From: an uncultured delta proteobacterium
Lineage (GTDB): Bacteria; Desulfobacterota; Binatia; Binatales; Binataceae
Reading direction: 5' to 3'
Assembly (NCBI GenBank): GCA_963724765.1
Contig: CAVRVY010000003.1
Coordinates: 416,001 to 480,000 of the forward strand
Length of the DNA: 64,000 bases
This document shows, in pieces, positions 28,501-39,859 of the stretch (its first letter is position 1; each line of letters opens with the position of its first letter). A model generated the notes under the pieces. The model searched no databases, was not told the DNA's origin, and was given only the letters and a program-made list of their open reading frames with translations. A program made the translations under genes and the position numbers.

Positions 28501-28896
28501 ATGAGCGGCTTCAAGGAATTTCTGCTGCGCGGCAACGTCATCGACATGGCGGTGGGAATCGTGGTCGGCGCCGCCTTCGGCACGGTCGTGTCCGCGTTCG
28601 TGAAAGATCTGCTAACGCCTTTCATCGCCGCGGTCGTGCGCAAGCCGGACTTTTCCAATATCGCGTTCACGCTCAACAGCAGCAGATTCATGATCGGCGA
28701 CTTCATCAACCAACTAATCTCATTTCTCATCGTGGCGGCGGCAGTCTATTTCGCGGTCGTGATGCCGGTGAACAAGCTGATTTCCCGCTTGCAGCCGCCG
28801 CCCGCGCCGACCACCAAGACCTGCCCTGAATGCCTGAGCGAGATTCCGATCGGCGCCAAGCGCTGCGCTCATTGCACCTCGACGCTCGCGGCCTAA
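28501..28896 (+). CDS. mscL: Large-conductance mechanosensitive channel with C-terminal Zn ribbon
   Basis: FKEFLLRGNVIDMAVGIVVGAAF, C-terminal CPEC...CAHC, GGAGG RBS. Confidence 0.93.
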   Translation: MSGFKEFLLRGNVIDMAVGIVVGAAFGTVVSAFVKDLLTPFIAAVVRKPDFSNIAFTLNSSRFMIGDFINQLISFLIVAAAVYFAVVMPVNKLISRLQPPPAPTTKTCPECLSEIPIGAKRCAHCTSTLAA

Positions 28897-28924
28897 ACCG
28901 GCGCCGGCCCGCGATGCTTCACCA

Positions 28925-29410
28925 TTAATCGACGGCCCATGGCGGATCTCCCGATTCCGCCACGCGGCGCAGATCCTCGAGCCATCCCTGATGGCCCCGC
29001 GCGAGCATCCGGCGCAGGTACCATCGCGCGAGCATCGGCACCCATCCGCGCTGCGCCTCCTCGGTGATTACGCGGCATCCCGTACCACCGGGCTCCAGCA
29101 GCCATCCATGGTAGGCGTAGAGTCCGGTCGCGCGCGCGTCCCATCCGAGTTCGCGATACGGCTCGAACATCCGCACGGTGCTGCGCACGCGCGTGCTGAA
29201 GGTGCGCCATTCGAACCTGCGGTCTGCGGCCAAATCCAGCCCATGCTGCCCATCGACGTAGTGAAAGCTCGCGCAGTTGCCGTACCACTGCGGCCAGCGC
29301 TCGGCCCCGATTAGCCATCGCCAGACCCGCTGCGGCGCCGCCGCAATTACAATTTCATTGTGCGCGTACACGGGAACGCTTCCCGGCTCCATCCCGCTCG
29401 GCCATTTCAT
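28925..29410 (-). CDS. SRPBCC/polyketide cyclase family protein
   Basis: IVIAAAPQRVW..L...ERWPQW and C-terminal amphipathic helix. Confidence 0.75.
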   Translation of the reverse strand: MKWPSGMEPGSVPVYAHNEIVIAAAPQRVWRWLIGAERWPQWYGNCASFHYVDGQHGLDLAADRRFEWRTFSTRVRSTVRMFEPYRELGWDARATGLYAYHGWLLEPGGTGCRVITEEAQRGWVPMLARWYLRRMLARGHQGWLEDLRRVAESGDPPWAVD

Positions 29411-29587
29411 CGCATTTCGGCTCCTTCCCGGTCATACGGGGCACAAGACTCCCACAAGGGGCTAGCTGCCTGCCTCCCCCATAGAATCATTATCGTCAAA
29501 ATGTGACAATTGCCGCTTAGACGTATTCACTATCGGCTAATGACGCGATTACCGTCATGACCGGAGTGGAGGGGAGGAATCAAAACA

Positions 29588-30577
29588 ATGAACGGCTCAG
29601 CGGATGTCGTGCTTCTGGGATGGATGGCGGTTGTGGTCCTGCTCGGATTGATTGTGCTGTTCGGTTCATGGTTCACCGTCGAGCAGCAGGAAGTCGCAAT
29701 CATCCAGCGCCTTGGGAAATTCCGGCGCATCGCGCGCGCCGGGCTCAATTTCAAAATTCCCCTGATCGACCAGGTCGTCGACAACGTCAACCTGCGCGTG
29801 CAGCAGCTGACAGTCAAGGTCGAAACCAAAACCCGCGACAACGTTTTCGTCCACGTGACAGTGGCCGTGCAGTTCTCGGTCTTTCCCGACAAGGTCTACC
29901 AGGCGTTTTATAGCCTCACCGACGCGACGCCGCAGATCACGGCCTTCGTCTTCGATGTGGTGCGCGCTCACGTTCCAAGCCTCGACCTCGACGACGTCTT
30001 CCTCAAGAAGGATGAGGTCGCACAGGCGGTCAAGGGCTCGCTGGGCGCACAGATGTCCGAGTACGGCTACGACATCCTGACCGCTCTGGTCACCGACATC
30101 GATCCCGACGAACGGGTCAAGGCGGCGATGAACGAAATCAACGCCAACCAGCGGCTGCTCGAGGCCGCCAAGGCCAAGGGCGAGGCCGAGAAAGTGCTCA
30201 AGGTAAAGCAGGCCGAGGCCGAAGCCGAGAGCAAGGCGTTGCAGGGCAACGGAATCGCACGCGAGCGCACCGAGATTGCGCGCGGCCTGCACGATTCGGC
30301 CACGATGTTCCAACAGGGATTGCCGGGCGCCACCGTGCAGGAAGCGATGGTGGTGCTGCTGCTGACGCAGTACTTCGACATGCTCAAGGAAGTCGGCGGG
30401 CGCTCCAACACGATCATGCTGCCGCACTCGCCCGGCGGGCTCAGCGACATCGCCGGCCAGATCCGCAGCGCGATAATCGCGGCGCGCGAGGTCCCGGTCG
30501 ATCACGACGACGGCCCGGCCACGCCTGCCGACGGCACGACGATGCTCGGCGGCGCGCCGTCACGCAACAGCGTTTAG
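29588..30577 (+). CDS. SPFH/band 7 domain protein
   Basis: N-terminal TM, RLGKF, ETKTRDNV, DIDPD..VK.AMNEIN and AEAE coiled coil. Confidence 0.9.
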   Translation: MNGSADVVLLGWMAVVVLLGLIVLFGSWFTVEQQEVAIIQRLGKFRRIARAGLNFKIPLIDQVVDNVNLRVQQLTVKVETKTRDNVFVHVTVAVQFSVFPDKVYQAFYSLTDATPQITAFVFDVVRAHVPSLDLDDVFLKKDEVAQAVKGSLGAQMSEYGYDILTALVTDIDPDERVKAAMNEINANQRLLEAAKAKGEAEKVLKVKQAEAEAESKALQGNGIARERTEIARGLHDSATMFQQGLPGATVQEAMVVLLLTQYFDMLKEVGGRSNTIMLPHSPGGLSDIAGQIRSAIIAAREVPVDHDDGPATPADGTTMLGGAPSRNSV

Positions 30578-30610
30578 CCAGCGGCTGCGCTCAATCGCGA
30601 AACTGGACGG

Positions 30611-31165
30611 TTATCCGGGCACGATTTCGTGCAGTGAATCGATGATGTCCTGCGCCGCGTAACCCCACAACCCATAGTGATATGCCGCGGTCACGCCGGC
30701 CGCCAGCATCGCGAGCATAATCAGCGCAAGCGGCGTACCCGCGTACCACGGCGCGGGGGTTGGATTCTCCTGCTGGCCCGGCGGATGCGTGACTATGACC
30801 GAGACGTCGTCATGGAGTTCCCGGTAATAGTCGCGCACCTCGGCGATCAGATGGTTGCGCACCTCGACCGCATTCGGGAGACCTTCGCCGGTGAAGCGCA
30901 TGATCTCTTCGAACTGGGCCAGCGCCCGTTCGGCGTGATCGGCAACAATCGAGAGGTACGCCAGCGGCACCTTCGCCAGCTTGCCCTTTCCGAGCCCGCG
31001 GAAGAGCCCCAGGGTTCTTTCAAAGTAGGGGAGACCGCTGCGAAAGCTGAGGTTACGCGGCTGCAAATCCTCGCGCGCCAAAACGGCAGGTTTAAGCCGT
31101 TCGAGTTTCTTGAGGCTCGCTTTCAGACGAGCTCTGTCGCTGCGTTCGGAACCGGCCATCGACAA
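30611..31165 (-). CDS. Hypothetical protein with C-terminal TM helix
   Basis: Helical soluble region followed by LALIMLAMLAAGVTAAY. Confidence 0.6.
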   Translation of the reverse strand: MSMAGSERSDRARLKASLKKLERLKPAVLAREDLQPRNLSFRSGLPYFERTLGLFRGLGKGKLAKVPLAYLSIVADHAERALAQFEEIMRFTGEGLPNAVEVRNHLIAEVRDYYRELHDDVSVIVTHPPGQQENPTPAPWYAGTPLALIMLAMLAAGVTAAYHYGLWGYAAQDIIDSLHEIVPG

Positions 31166-31323
31166 ATACCCCCGGCCCCCCGCAGCGCATTATGCTACGC
31201 GGTGTGTGTGGATGTATAGGCCTTTCTAAATAATTCTACCATCGTGCCTAGCTCATCAGCACCATTTTCGATGCTCAGTGCTTTCATTGTCAATCTAATA
31301 AGGTTTGATGAACGATAAGCGCA

Positions 31324-31908
31324 TTATAGCGAGGCAAACCGCCGGTTCTCGTGCGGCCATGGCGGCGAGTCCCGGACCGCGTCGAGCACCTGCTCGGGCT
31401 GCGCCACCACCTTCCACATCGCCCGATGCCGTTCGTCCATGAAGCGGCGCTCGATCGAGCGTTCGAGCAGTTCGATCAGCGGGCGGTAGAAGTCCTCCGT
31501 GTTGACGATCACGATCGCGCCGCCGAAGAGCCCCAGCCGCTTCCAGGTTATCGCCTCGAACAGTTCCTCGAACGTGCCGCATCCGCCGGGTAGCGCGACG
31601 ACCGCGCCGACCGAGTCGATCATCAACCGTTTGCGCTCGTGCATGTCGTTGACCACCAGTAACTCGGTGAGCCCGCGATGCGCCCATTCAAGATCGTGCA
31701 TGAAAGACGGAATGACGCCGATTACGCGCCCGCCTGCGGCCAGCGCCGCGTCCGCCAGATGACCCATCGAGCCCACGCTACCGCCGCCATAAACGGTCGT
31801 GTGGCCGGCGCGCGCAAGCTCGCGCCCCAGCCGTGCGGCGGCCTGATGATAAATCGGATCACATTGACGGCTCGACGCGCAGTATACGCATACCCGCATG
31901 TTCACCAT
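31324..31908 (-). CDS. LOG-family nucleotide phosphoribohydrolase
   Basis: CVYCASS, VYGGG..G.MG, MHERK and PGGCGTFEE. Confidence 0.9.
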   Translation of the reverse strand: MVNMRVCVYCASSRQCDPIYHQAAARLGRELARAGHTTVYGGGSVGSMGHLADAALAAGGRVIGVIPSFMHDLEWAHRGLTELLVVNDMHERKRLMIDSVGAVVALPGGCGTFEELFEAITWKRLGLFGGAIVIVNTEDFYRPLIELLERSIERRFMDERHRAMWKVVAQPEQVLDAVRDSPPWPHENRRFASL

Positions 31909-32406
31909 GGTTGGGATCGTAGCCGACTCGTCGCGCCTCGCACAGCCGGACCGGCGCGCCGATGTCACGCGATATGCACAGCCCGGAGTGAAAAAGCAAA
32001 AACATAAGAGGCCTTTTTGGCGTATCTCGCTCGAGCCTCGAGCCACCGCGATGCGCTAGTGGACGCAGGAACTGGGCAGGGTGGCCAATGCCACGGAAGA
32101 CCTGAAGGACGACAACGGCGGTTGCGGCTCGAACTTCAGCGTCCACCGGGATTCAGCCACCACATCTTCGGCATCGGTTGCAGCCGTATCTTCGGCGTTG
32201 ACCCGCCACTCTTCTGTATTCTCCAGAGCAGTTTAGTGGTGCTTCAAGCCAGTTCCTCTTGTCCAATACGCGAAAAAAATTCCAAGCGGTTCTCTCCTCT
32301 GCTCCGTGGATGTCTTAAAGCGTCTTTTCCTAGATAACTTCTGCCATAACGCTCTTATTGGCTTGGTCTGTGAGACCATGATAAACCGTGCGCGAGGTCG
32401 GCTTGC

Positions 32407-32706
32407 ATGGCGCAGCAGCAAAAACCACCCGGAATGCCGCAAAGAAAGTGGCGTGAAATCCTGTGGACCCAGGGGATGTTTGACCACGAAGAGGCGGTGC
32501 GTGAAATCAACAAGCACTGGAAAGAACCGCGCGTGTGTTCGGTATGCCATCAGAACAACTGGGCGGTCAGCCCGGAGATCGTGCGCCTGTGGACCACGCG
32601 AATGAAGAATGCTTACCCGTGCGTCAACATGGTGTGCCAGAGTTGCGGTCACACGATGCTGTTCAATGCCACGGTTTTAAATCTGCTGCCTGAGGGCAAA
32701 AGCTGA
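32407..32706 (+). CDS. Small Zn-ribbon protein
   Basis: CSVC...CQSCGH..LFN pattern with GAGG RBS. Confidence 0.6.
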   Translation: MAQQQKPPGMPQRKWREILWTQGMFDHEEAVREINKHWKEPRVCSVCHQNNWAVSPEIVRLWTTRMKNAYPCVNMVCQSCGHTMLFNATVLNLLPEGKS

Positions 32707-32725
32707 GCGAGTATACTGGGCGCGT

Positions 32726-33523
32726 ATGGAACGGACACGCATCAATGGAGTTGAACTTGCTTACGCGATACACGGAAACGGCGCGCCGCTGGTCATGATT
32801 CATGGCGCGCAAGGCGATCAGAGCATGTTCGCCGATCTTGCCTCCGCATGCGCCGCCGAATTTCGCGTGCTCACCTTCGATCAGCGCGGCTCAGGGCTGA
32901 GTGAGAAACCGGATATCGACTACAGCATCGCGATGCTCGCGGACGACACCGCCGCTTTGATCGACCACGTGGGCTTTGCCCCGGCGCATATCATCGGGGT
33001 CTCGATGGGCGGAATGATCGCTCAGGAGTTGGCGCTGCGTCATCCAGGAAAGGTTCGCACATTGGTTCTGGGATGCACCACGCCCGGCGGGCCACACGAG
33101 ATTCGCGCTGAAGGGAACGCGCTCGGCGCCGCGTATTCGCTCCAGCCGATGTCGGCCGAGGAGCGCGGCACGGCGCTGGCGCAAGCGGTATACAGCAAGG
33201 GCCATCTGGCGCGGCATCCGGAGATCATCGCAGCGATGATCGAAGCGCGCCGTCGCCGGCCAATCGATCCGGTTGCGCTGGGCCATCGGATGAAAGCGCT
33301 ATCTGAGCATGACACCTACGATCGGCTGCCAAATATCAGTTGTCCGACGCTGGTAATTACCGGCAAAGACGACGCGCTGATCTCATGGGAAAACTCGCGC
33401 GTCCTTGCGGAGCGCATCCCGGGGGCCAGGCTCGAGATCCTCGATCCCGCCGGACATTGCTTCTGGCTGGAGCGCCCGGAGGAATCGCGCGCCACGATCA
33501 TGCGCTTTCTGCATAGTGTGTGA
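32726..33523 (+). CDS. Alpha/beta hydrolase
   Basis: HG oxyanion motif, DQRGSG.S, GVSMGG nucleophile elbow, Asp in GKDD and His in AGH. Confidence 0.9.
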   Translation: MERTRINGVELAYAIHGNGAPLVMIHGAQGDQSMFADLASACAAEFRVLTFDQRGSGLSEKPDIDYSIAMLADDTAALIDHVGFAPAHIIGVSMGGMIAQELALRHPGKVRTLVLGCTTPGGPHEIRAEGNALGAAYSLQPMSAEERGTALAQAVYSKGHLARHPEIIAAMIEARRRRPIDPVALGHRMKALSEHDTYDRLPNISCPTLVITGKDDALISWENSRVLAERIPGARLEILDPAGHCFWLERPEESRATIMRFLHSV

Positions 33524-33606
33524 TCTTTAGCTCCTTCCCTCTCAGTTTTTAGGAGAGCCGAGCTACTGAATAGTACGCTTCCAATATGTACTAGCTATTT
33601 TTAACT

Positions 33607-33645
33607 CCCTCCCCCTCAGTTTGGGAGAGGGCGCGGGGTGGGGGT
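33607..33645. repeat. Dispersed CCCTCTCCC-loop-GGGAGAGGG palindromic element
   Basis: Reverse-oriented copy. Related copies at 22243-22271, 52562-52600 and 54161-54202. Confidence 0.65.
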
Positions 33646-33811
33646 CGAGCGAGGAAGCGCCGGATGTCCTTTATTCCGGCGCTTCCTCGTCCGGTTTTTT
33701 CGCAATGCGCGTGCGGATGATGTCGAAAGAGACTGATTAGGGGCGGCGATAAGAGGGAGTTAAGAATAGCTAGTAGTCCGCGGCAGGCTAGCCGCGTATA
33801 TCGACTCCGGC

Positions 33812-33848
33812 AAAAACTCGGGGGGCCGGGCGTTAGCCCGGCCCCCCG
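33812..33848 (-). terminator. Intrinsic terminator about 350 nt downstream of nrdJ
   Basis: CGGGGGGCCGGGC/GCCCGGCCCCCCG stem followed by AGTTTTT on the minus strand. Confidence 0.75.
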
Positions 33849-34202
33849 CCGCTCCACATCCTCAACCCCGCCCCACACTTCTCAAGCGAGGCTGCTCCCC
33901 GCCGCTCACATCCGCGCCCTCCGCGCACCGCCCGCTCGATTCAAAAACCGACTCCTTCAAAGGAGTCTCAGCGCTCCCCGCCGCCGCCGCTTATCCCCCA
34001 CCAATTCATCCCGCCCGACTCGCTCCACCTTCGAACTTCGCCAATCGCCTTTTCAGCCTCCCCCTCACCTCTTACCGATCTGCCCTCGACTCCCGCGCAA
34101 CCCCCTCACCCTGAGCTTTTTCACCAACACTCGCGACGCTGCTCCGATGTCGCAGCTTGCTTCACCTGATAACCCTCGCGTCACCGGTCTCGCCCACGTG
34201 CA

Positions 34203-37064
<2,862 letters not shown>

Positions 37065-37179
37065 CGTCCACTCCTCCTCGTCAACCGCCCCGCTACCGCT
37101 CATCAATGGTAAGTTCGGAAGTTACTCCAGTGGGCGGCAGAGTCAAGAGCCCAACCCCAATGGGTAGTATATTACAACC

Positions 37180-37211
37180 TGTGGACAACCCATAGGAGGG
37201 GTTGTGGATAA
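37180..37211 (-). promoter_or_regulatory. DnaA boxes in the nrdJ/dciA divergent spacer
   Basis: TTATCCACA (perfect, 37203-37211) and TTGTCCACA (one mismatch, 37180-37188) on the minus strand. Confidence 0.6.
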
Positions 37212-37382
37212 TATCTGGCCAATTTTCGCCAATATAAGTGCAGCTAATTTAAATACGTAAAAGAATGAATCCTGGTTACGCCGCCGCGGCTGTGGAAACA
37301 TGATCATTTTGAGTCCCGTGCTCGTGCGACAAATCACCGTCCAACCATTGCACGGAGCCGGCGGAGGATTATCGTAAGCCCG

Positions 37383-37832
37383 ATGGCTGTACGGCGGCGC
37401 AGGGCTCCCGAGCCGATCGCGAGTACGCTCGGCTCGATCATCGACCGGCTCGATTCCGAGGGTCATTTTGCGATCGTGCGGCTGGTCCAGGCGTGGCCCG
37501 AAATCGTGGGCGAAACGATCGCGCGGCGCACCGAGGTGGTCGAATTGAAATTCCACACCGCCGTCGTAAAGGTCTCGGGCGCGATGTGGATACAGGAACT
37601 CAATCTGCTTAAGCCCGAGATTCTCGCGCGGCTCGCCGCGCGCGTGGGCGACGATGCGGTGCGCGACCTGCGCTTCGTGCAGGGACGATTGAGCCGCCGC
37701 CCCGCCCGCCCGCGGCTGCGTACGGTAGCGCGCGCGCCGCGGCGCGCGATCGAGTTGCCGGAGCTCAAGGACCCCGAACTGCGCCGCGCCTTCGAGAGCC
37801 TGATCGAGGCCTGGGGACGTGCTCCGCGCTAG
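37383..37832 (+). CDS. dciA: DciA/DUF721 family replicative helicase loader
   Basis: AWPEIVG..IA..T...L.....VKV...W.QEL...K..IL..L......VRDLRF. Confidence 0.8.
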   Translation: MAVRRRRAPEPIASTLGSIIDRLDSEGHFAIVRLVQAWPEIVGETIARRTEVVELKFHTAVVKVSGAMWIQELNLLKPEILARLAARVGDDAVRDLRFVQGRLSRRPARPRLRTVARAPRRAIELPELKDPELRRAFESLIEAWGRAPR

Positions 37833-37973
37833 CATCGAGCCGAGCAGATTCGTAAGATACACAGGTCCTTAGCAGGTTTTGGTTTTGGGGGGCGGCCCGG
37901 TGGTTGTGCGGGGGCGCAACCGCACCGCAGTCGCAGCGAACTAACGCACCTGACCCGAGGGAGGGGACGAGGC

Positions 37974-38405
37974 ATGAAACGGATCGCTTCAATGTTGATC
38001 GGCGCGCTTTTCGTAGGAGCCGGCTTCGGTCTCACGATGGCGCAGGAAGGAGCCGCACCCGCACCCGCGGCTCCCGCAGCGGCGGCGCCCGCCGCGCCAG
38101 CACCGGCGGCGCCAGAAGCTGCTACCAGCGCGCCGGCGCCAGCCGCTGCTGGCGATCATGCGAACGAAGTCAAAGCTTTCCACCGTATGATCAAGATGCA
38201 TCATCGGCTGTGGCGGCGGCTGAAACAGAACCCCACGCTCGTCAAGGATGACACGTTCGTGGCGAAATATAGCGATCTGCAGCTCTACTTCAGCAAGTAC
38301 CAGGGCTCGAGGGATCGCTTCCTGGCCGATCCGGGCGCCTACTTGAAAATGTCTGAGAAGAAGGCCATGCATCGGGAAGAGACCCGGGGGACCGGCAACG
38401 AGTAG
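37974..38405 (+). CDS. Secreted hypothetical protein A (Ala/Pro linker followed by shared domain)
   Basis: Signal peptide. Paralogous to 38729-39223. Confidence 0.75.
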   Translation: MKRIASMLIGALFVGAGFGLTMAQEGAAPAPAAPAAAAPAAPAPAAPEAATSAPAPAAAGDHANEVKAFHRMIKMHHRLWRRLKQNPTLVKDDTFVAKYSDLQLYFSKYQGSRDRFLADPGAYLKMSEKKAMHREETRGTGNE

Positions 38406-38728
38406 AAGGCTCTGGCGCGAGTGGGGCGGCGCATGAGGCTCGCTCCACTATTGCGTTTGCAACGGGGCCTTACGGGAAGCGAGTCGTCGCTCCGCGTTTA
38501 GTAATTCGGCGACTCGTCCCGCGATGCCCCTGGCGCAGACTTTACCGCATCCGATGCGTTTGCCGGCGCCCGCGAGCGGTGTAATAAAATAGTTAAAGTT
38601 TGCGGCTTTGACTTGTCGTGGTTGCGGGCCGGCTCCAATCAGACGGCCCGCGCTGAGGGAGAACGCTCCGCGCTCAGCGCTTTGCGCCGGCCGGACGTTT
38701 CTGGGCATACATCGAGCGTCAGGAGGTT

Positions 38729-39223
38729 ATGAACATGAGACGAGCCTTATCCGTAGCCGTCGCGATGCTGTTGGCGGGCGGTCTTTCGGCGCCGGCATTC
38801 GCGCAGGCGCCTGCGCAGGTCACTATCGGTCACGAGATGACCAACGAGGACCTCAACACGGCCGAGTTGGCGGCTTTCGATCAGGTCGCCACCTCCAACC
38901 TCAAGATGTCGCGCCAGCTTGCGGCCAACCCTCGTCTGGCCAACAACAACAAGTTTCTCAATCGATGGTCCGACCTGAATAATTTCTTCACCAAGTACCC
39001 CGGCTCCAAGGAACGCTTCCTGGAGGATCCGGGCAACTACCTCGCCCAGGTACACATGCATCACTTGGTGCGCGCGGAGCACAAGAAAAAGTCCGCTGCC
39101 GCGCCGGAGACCAAATCAGAAGCGCCGGCAACCGCGGCGCCTGCGCCGGGCGCGGAGGCTCCGGCGGCACCTGCGGCGCCGGAACCCGCGGCTCCGCCAG
39201 CCGCGCCGCCATCCAATCCGTAG
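38729..39223 (+). CDS. Secreted hypothetical protein B (shared domain followed by Ala/Pro tail)
   Basis: AGGAGG RBS and signal peptide ending AFA. Paralogous to 37974-38405. Confidence 0.8.
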   Translation: MNMRRALSVAVAMLLAGGLSAPAFAQAPAQVTIGHEMTNEDLNTAELAAFDQVATSNLKMSRQLAANPRLANNNKFLNRWSDLNNFFTKYPGSKERFLEDPGNYLAQVHMHHLVRAEHKKKSAAAPETKSEAPATAAPAPGAEAPAAPAAPEPAAPPAAPPSNP

Positions 39224-39294
39224 CGCGTAGTCCGTGGGCGCGTAGTCTATGGGCGCGTAGTCCGTGGACGCGCGACCCGTGACGGGCGGGCGGC

Positions 39295-39702
39295 TTACAT
39301 TTTTCGCGGCAACGAGAACTCCGGGAAAATCCCGCTCAGCTTGCGGCGCGCGCGATCGAAGGAGAAGTGATTGAAGGGCTTGACGATATAGTCGAGAGCG
39401 CCTTCGCCGACAAAGGTCGCGCGGACCTTTTCGTAGGGGATGGAGCTGGCGATAATGATCGCGGTGCAGGGCGCTTCTTTTTTGATCGTGTCAAACAGCT
39501 CGCGGCTGCCTATCCCTTGTGCCTCGGGCATCATCAGATCGAGAATGACCAGGTTTGGCGTGCGCTCGCGAAACAGGGTCAGGGCCCCGAGCGCATTTTC
39601 GGCCTCATCGATCGTTCTGATGCCATAAATCGCCAGATGATATCGAACGGCCTTGCGAACTACCGGTGAATCGTCAACGACCAGCGCGCGAACGGACATC
39701 AA
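39295..39702 (-). CDS. Single-domain response regulator (CheY-like)
   Basis: LVVDDS, ILDLMMP (phospho-Asp) and YIVKPF. Confidence 0.9.
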   Translation of the reverse strand: MMSVRALVVDDSPVVRKAVRYHLAIYGIRTIDEAENALGALTLFRERTPNLVILDLMMPEAQGIGSRELFDTIKKEAPCTAIIIASSIPYEKVRATFVGEGALDYIVKPFNHFSFDRARRKLSGIFPEFSLPRKM

Positions 39703-39719
39703 GCTCTCCTCCCTTCAGT

Positions 39720-39842
39720 TCCATGAGCATCTTCGCATGAGCATCTTCGATGAATCCCGCCGACTAATCCGCGGACTAGTTCGGGGACTAATCTGACGAC
39801 TAGCCTGAAGACTGGCCTGAACATCGGCTCGAACATTGATCC
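39720..39842 (-). repeat. Stepwise-drifting 12-14 bp tandem array between kinase and regulator
   Basis: Minus strand: ATCAATGTTCGA GCCGATGTTCAG GCCAGTCTTCAG GCTAGTCGTCAG ATTAGTCCCCGA ACTAGTCCGCGG ATTAGTCGGCGG, then CGAAGATGCTCATG x2. Confidence 0.75.
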
Positions 39843-39859
39843 GCCGGGCCCGCCGTTCA

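Noticed and set aside
37150-37380. Chromosomal replication origin
   Set aside because: Only two or three DnaA boxes and no dnaA, dnaN or gidA context. A regulatory role is more economical
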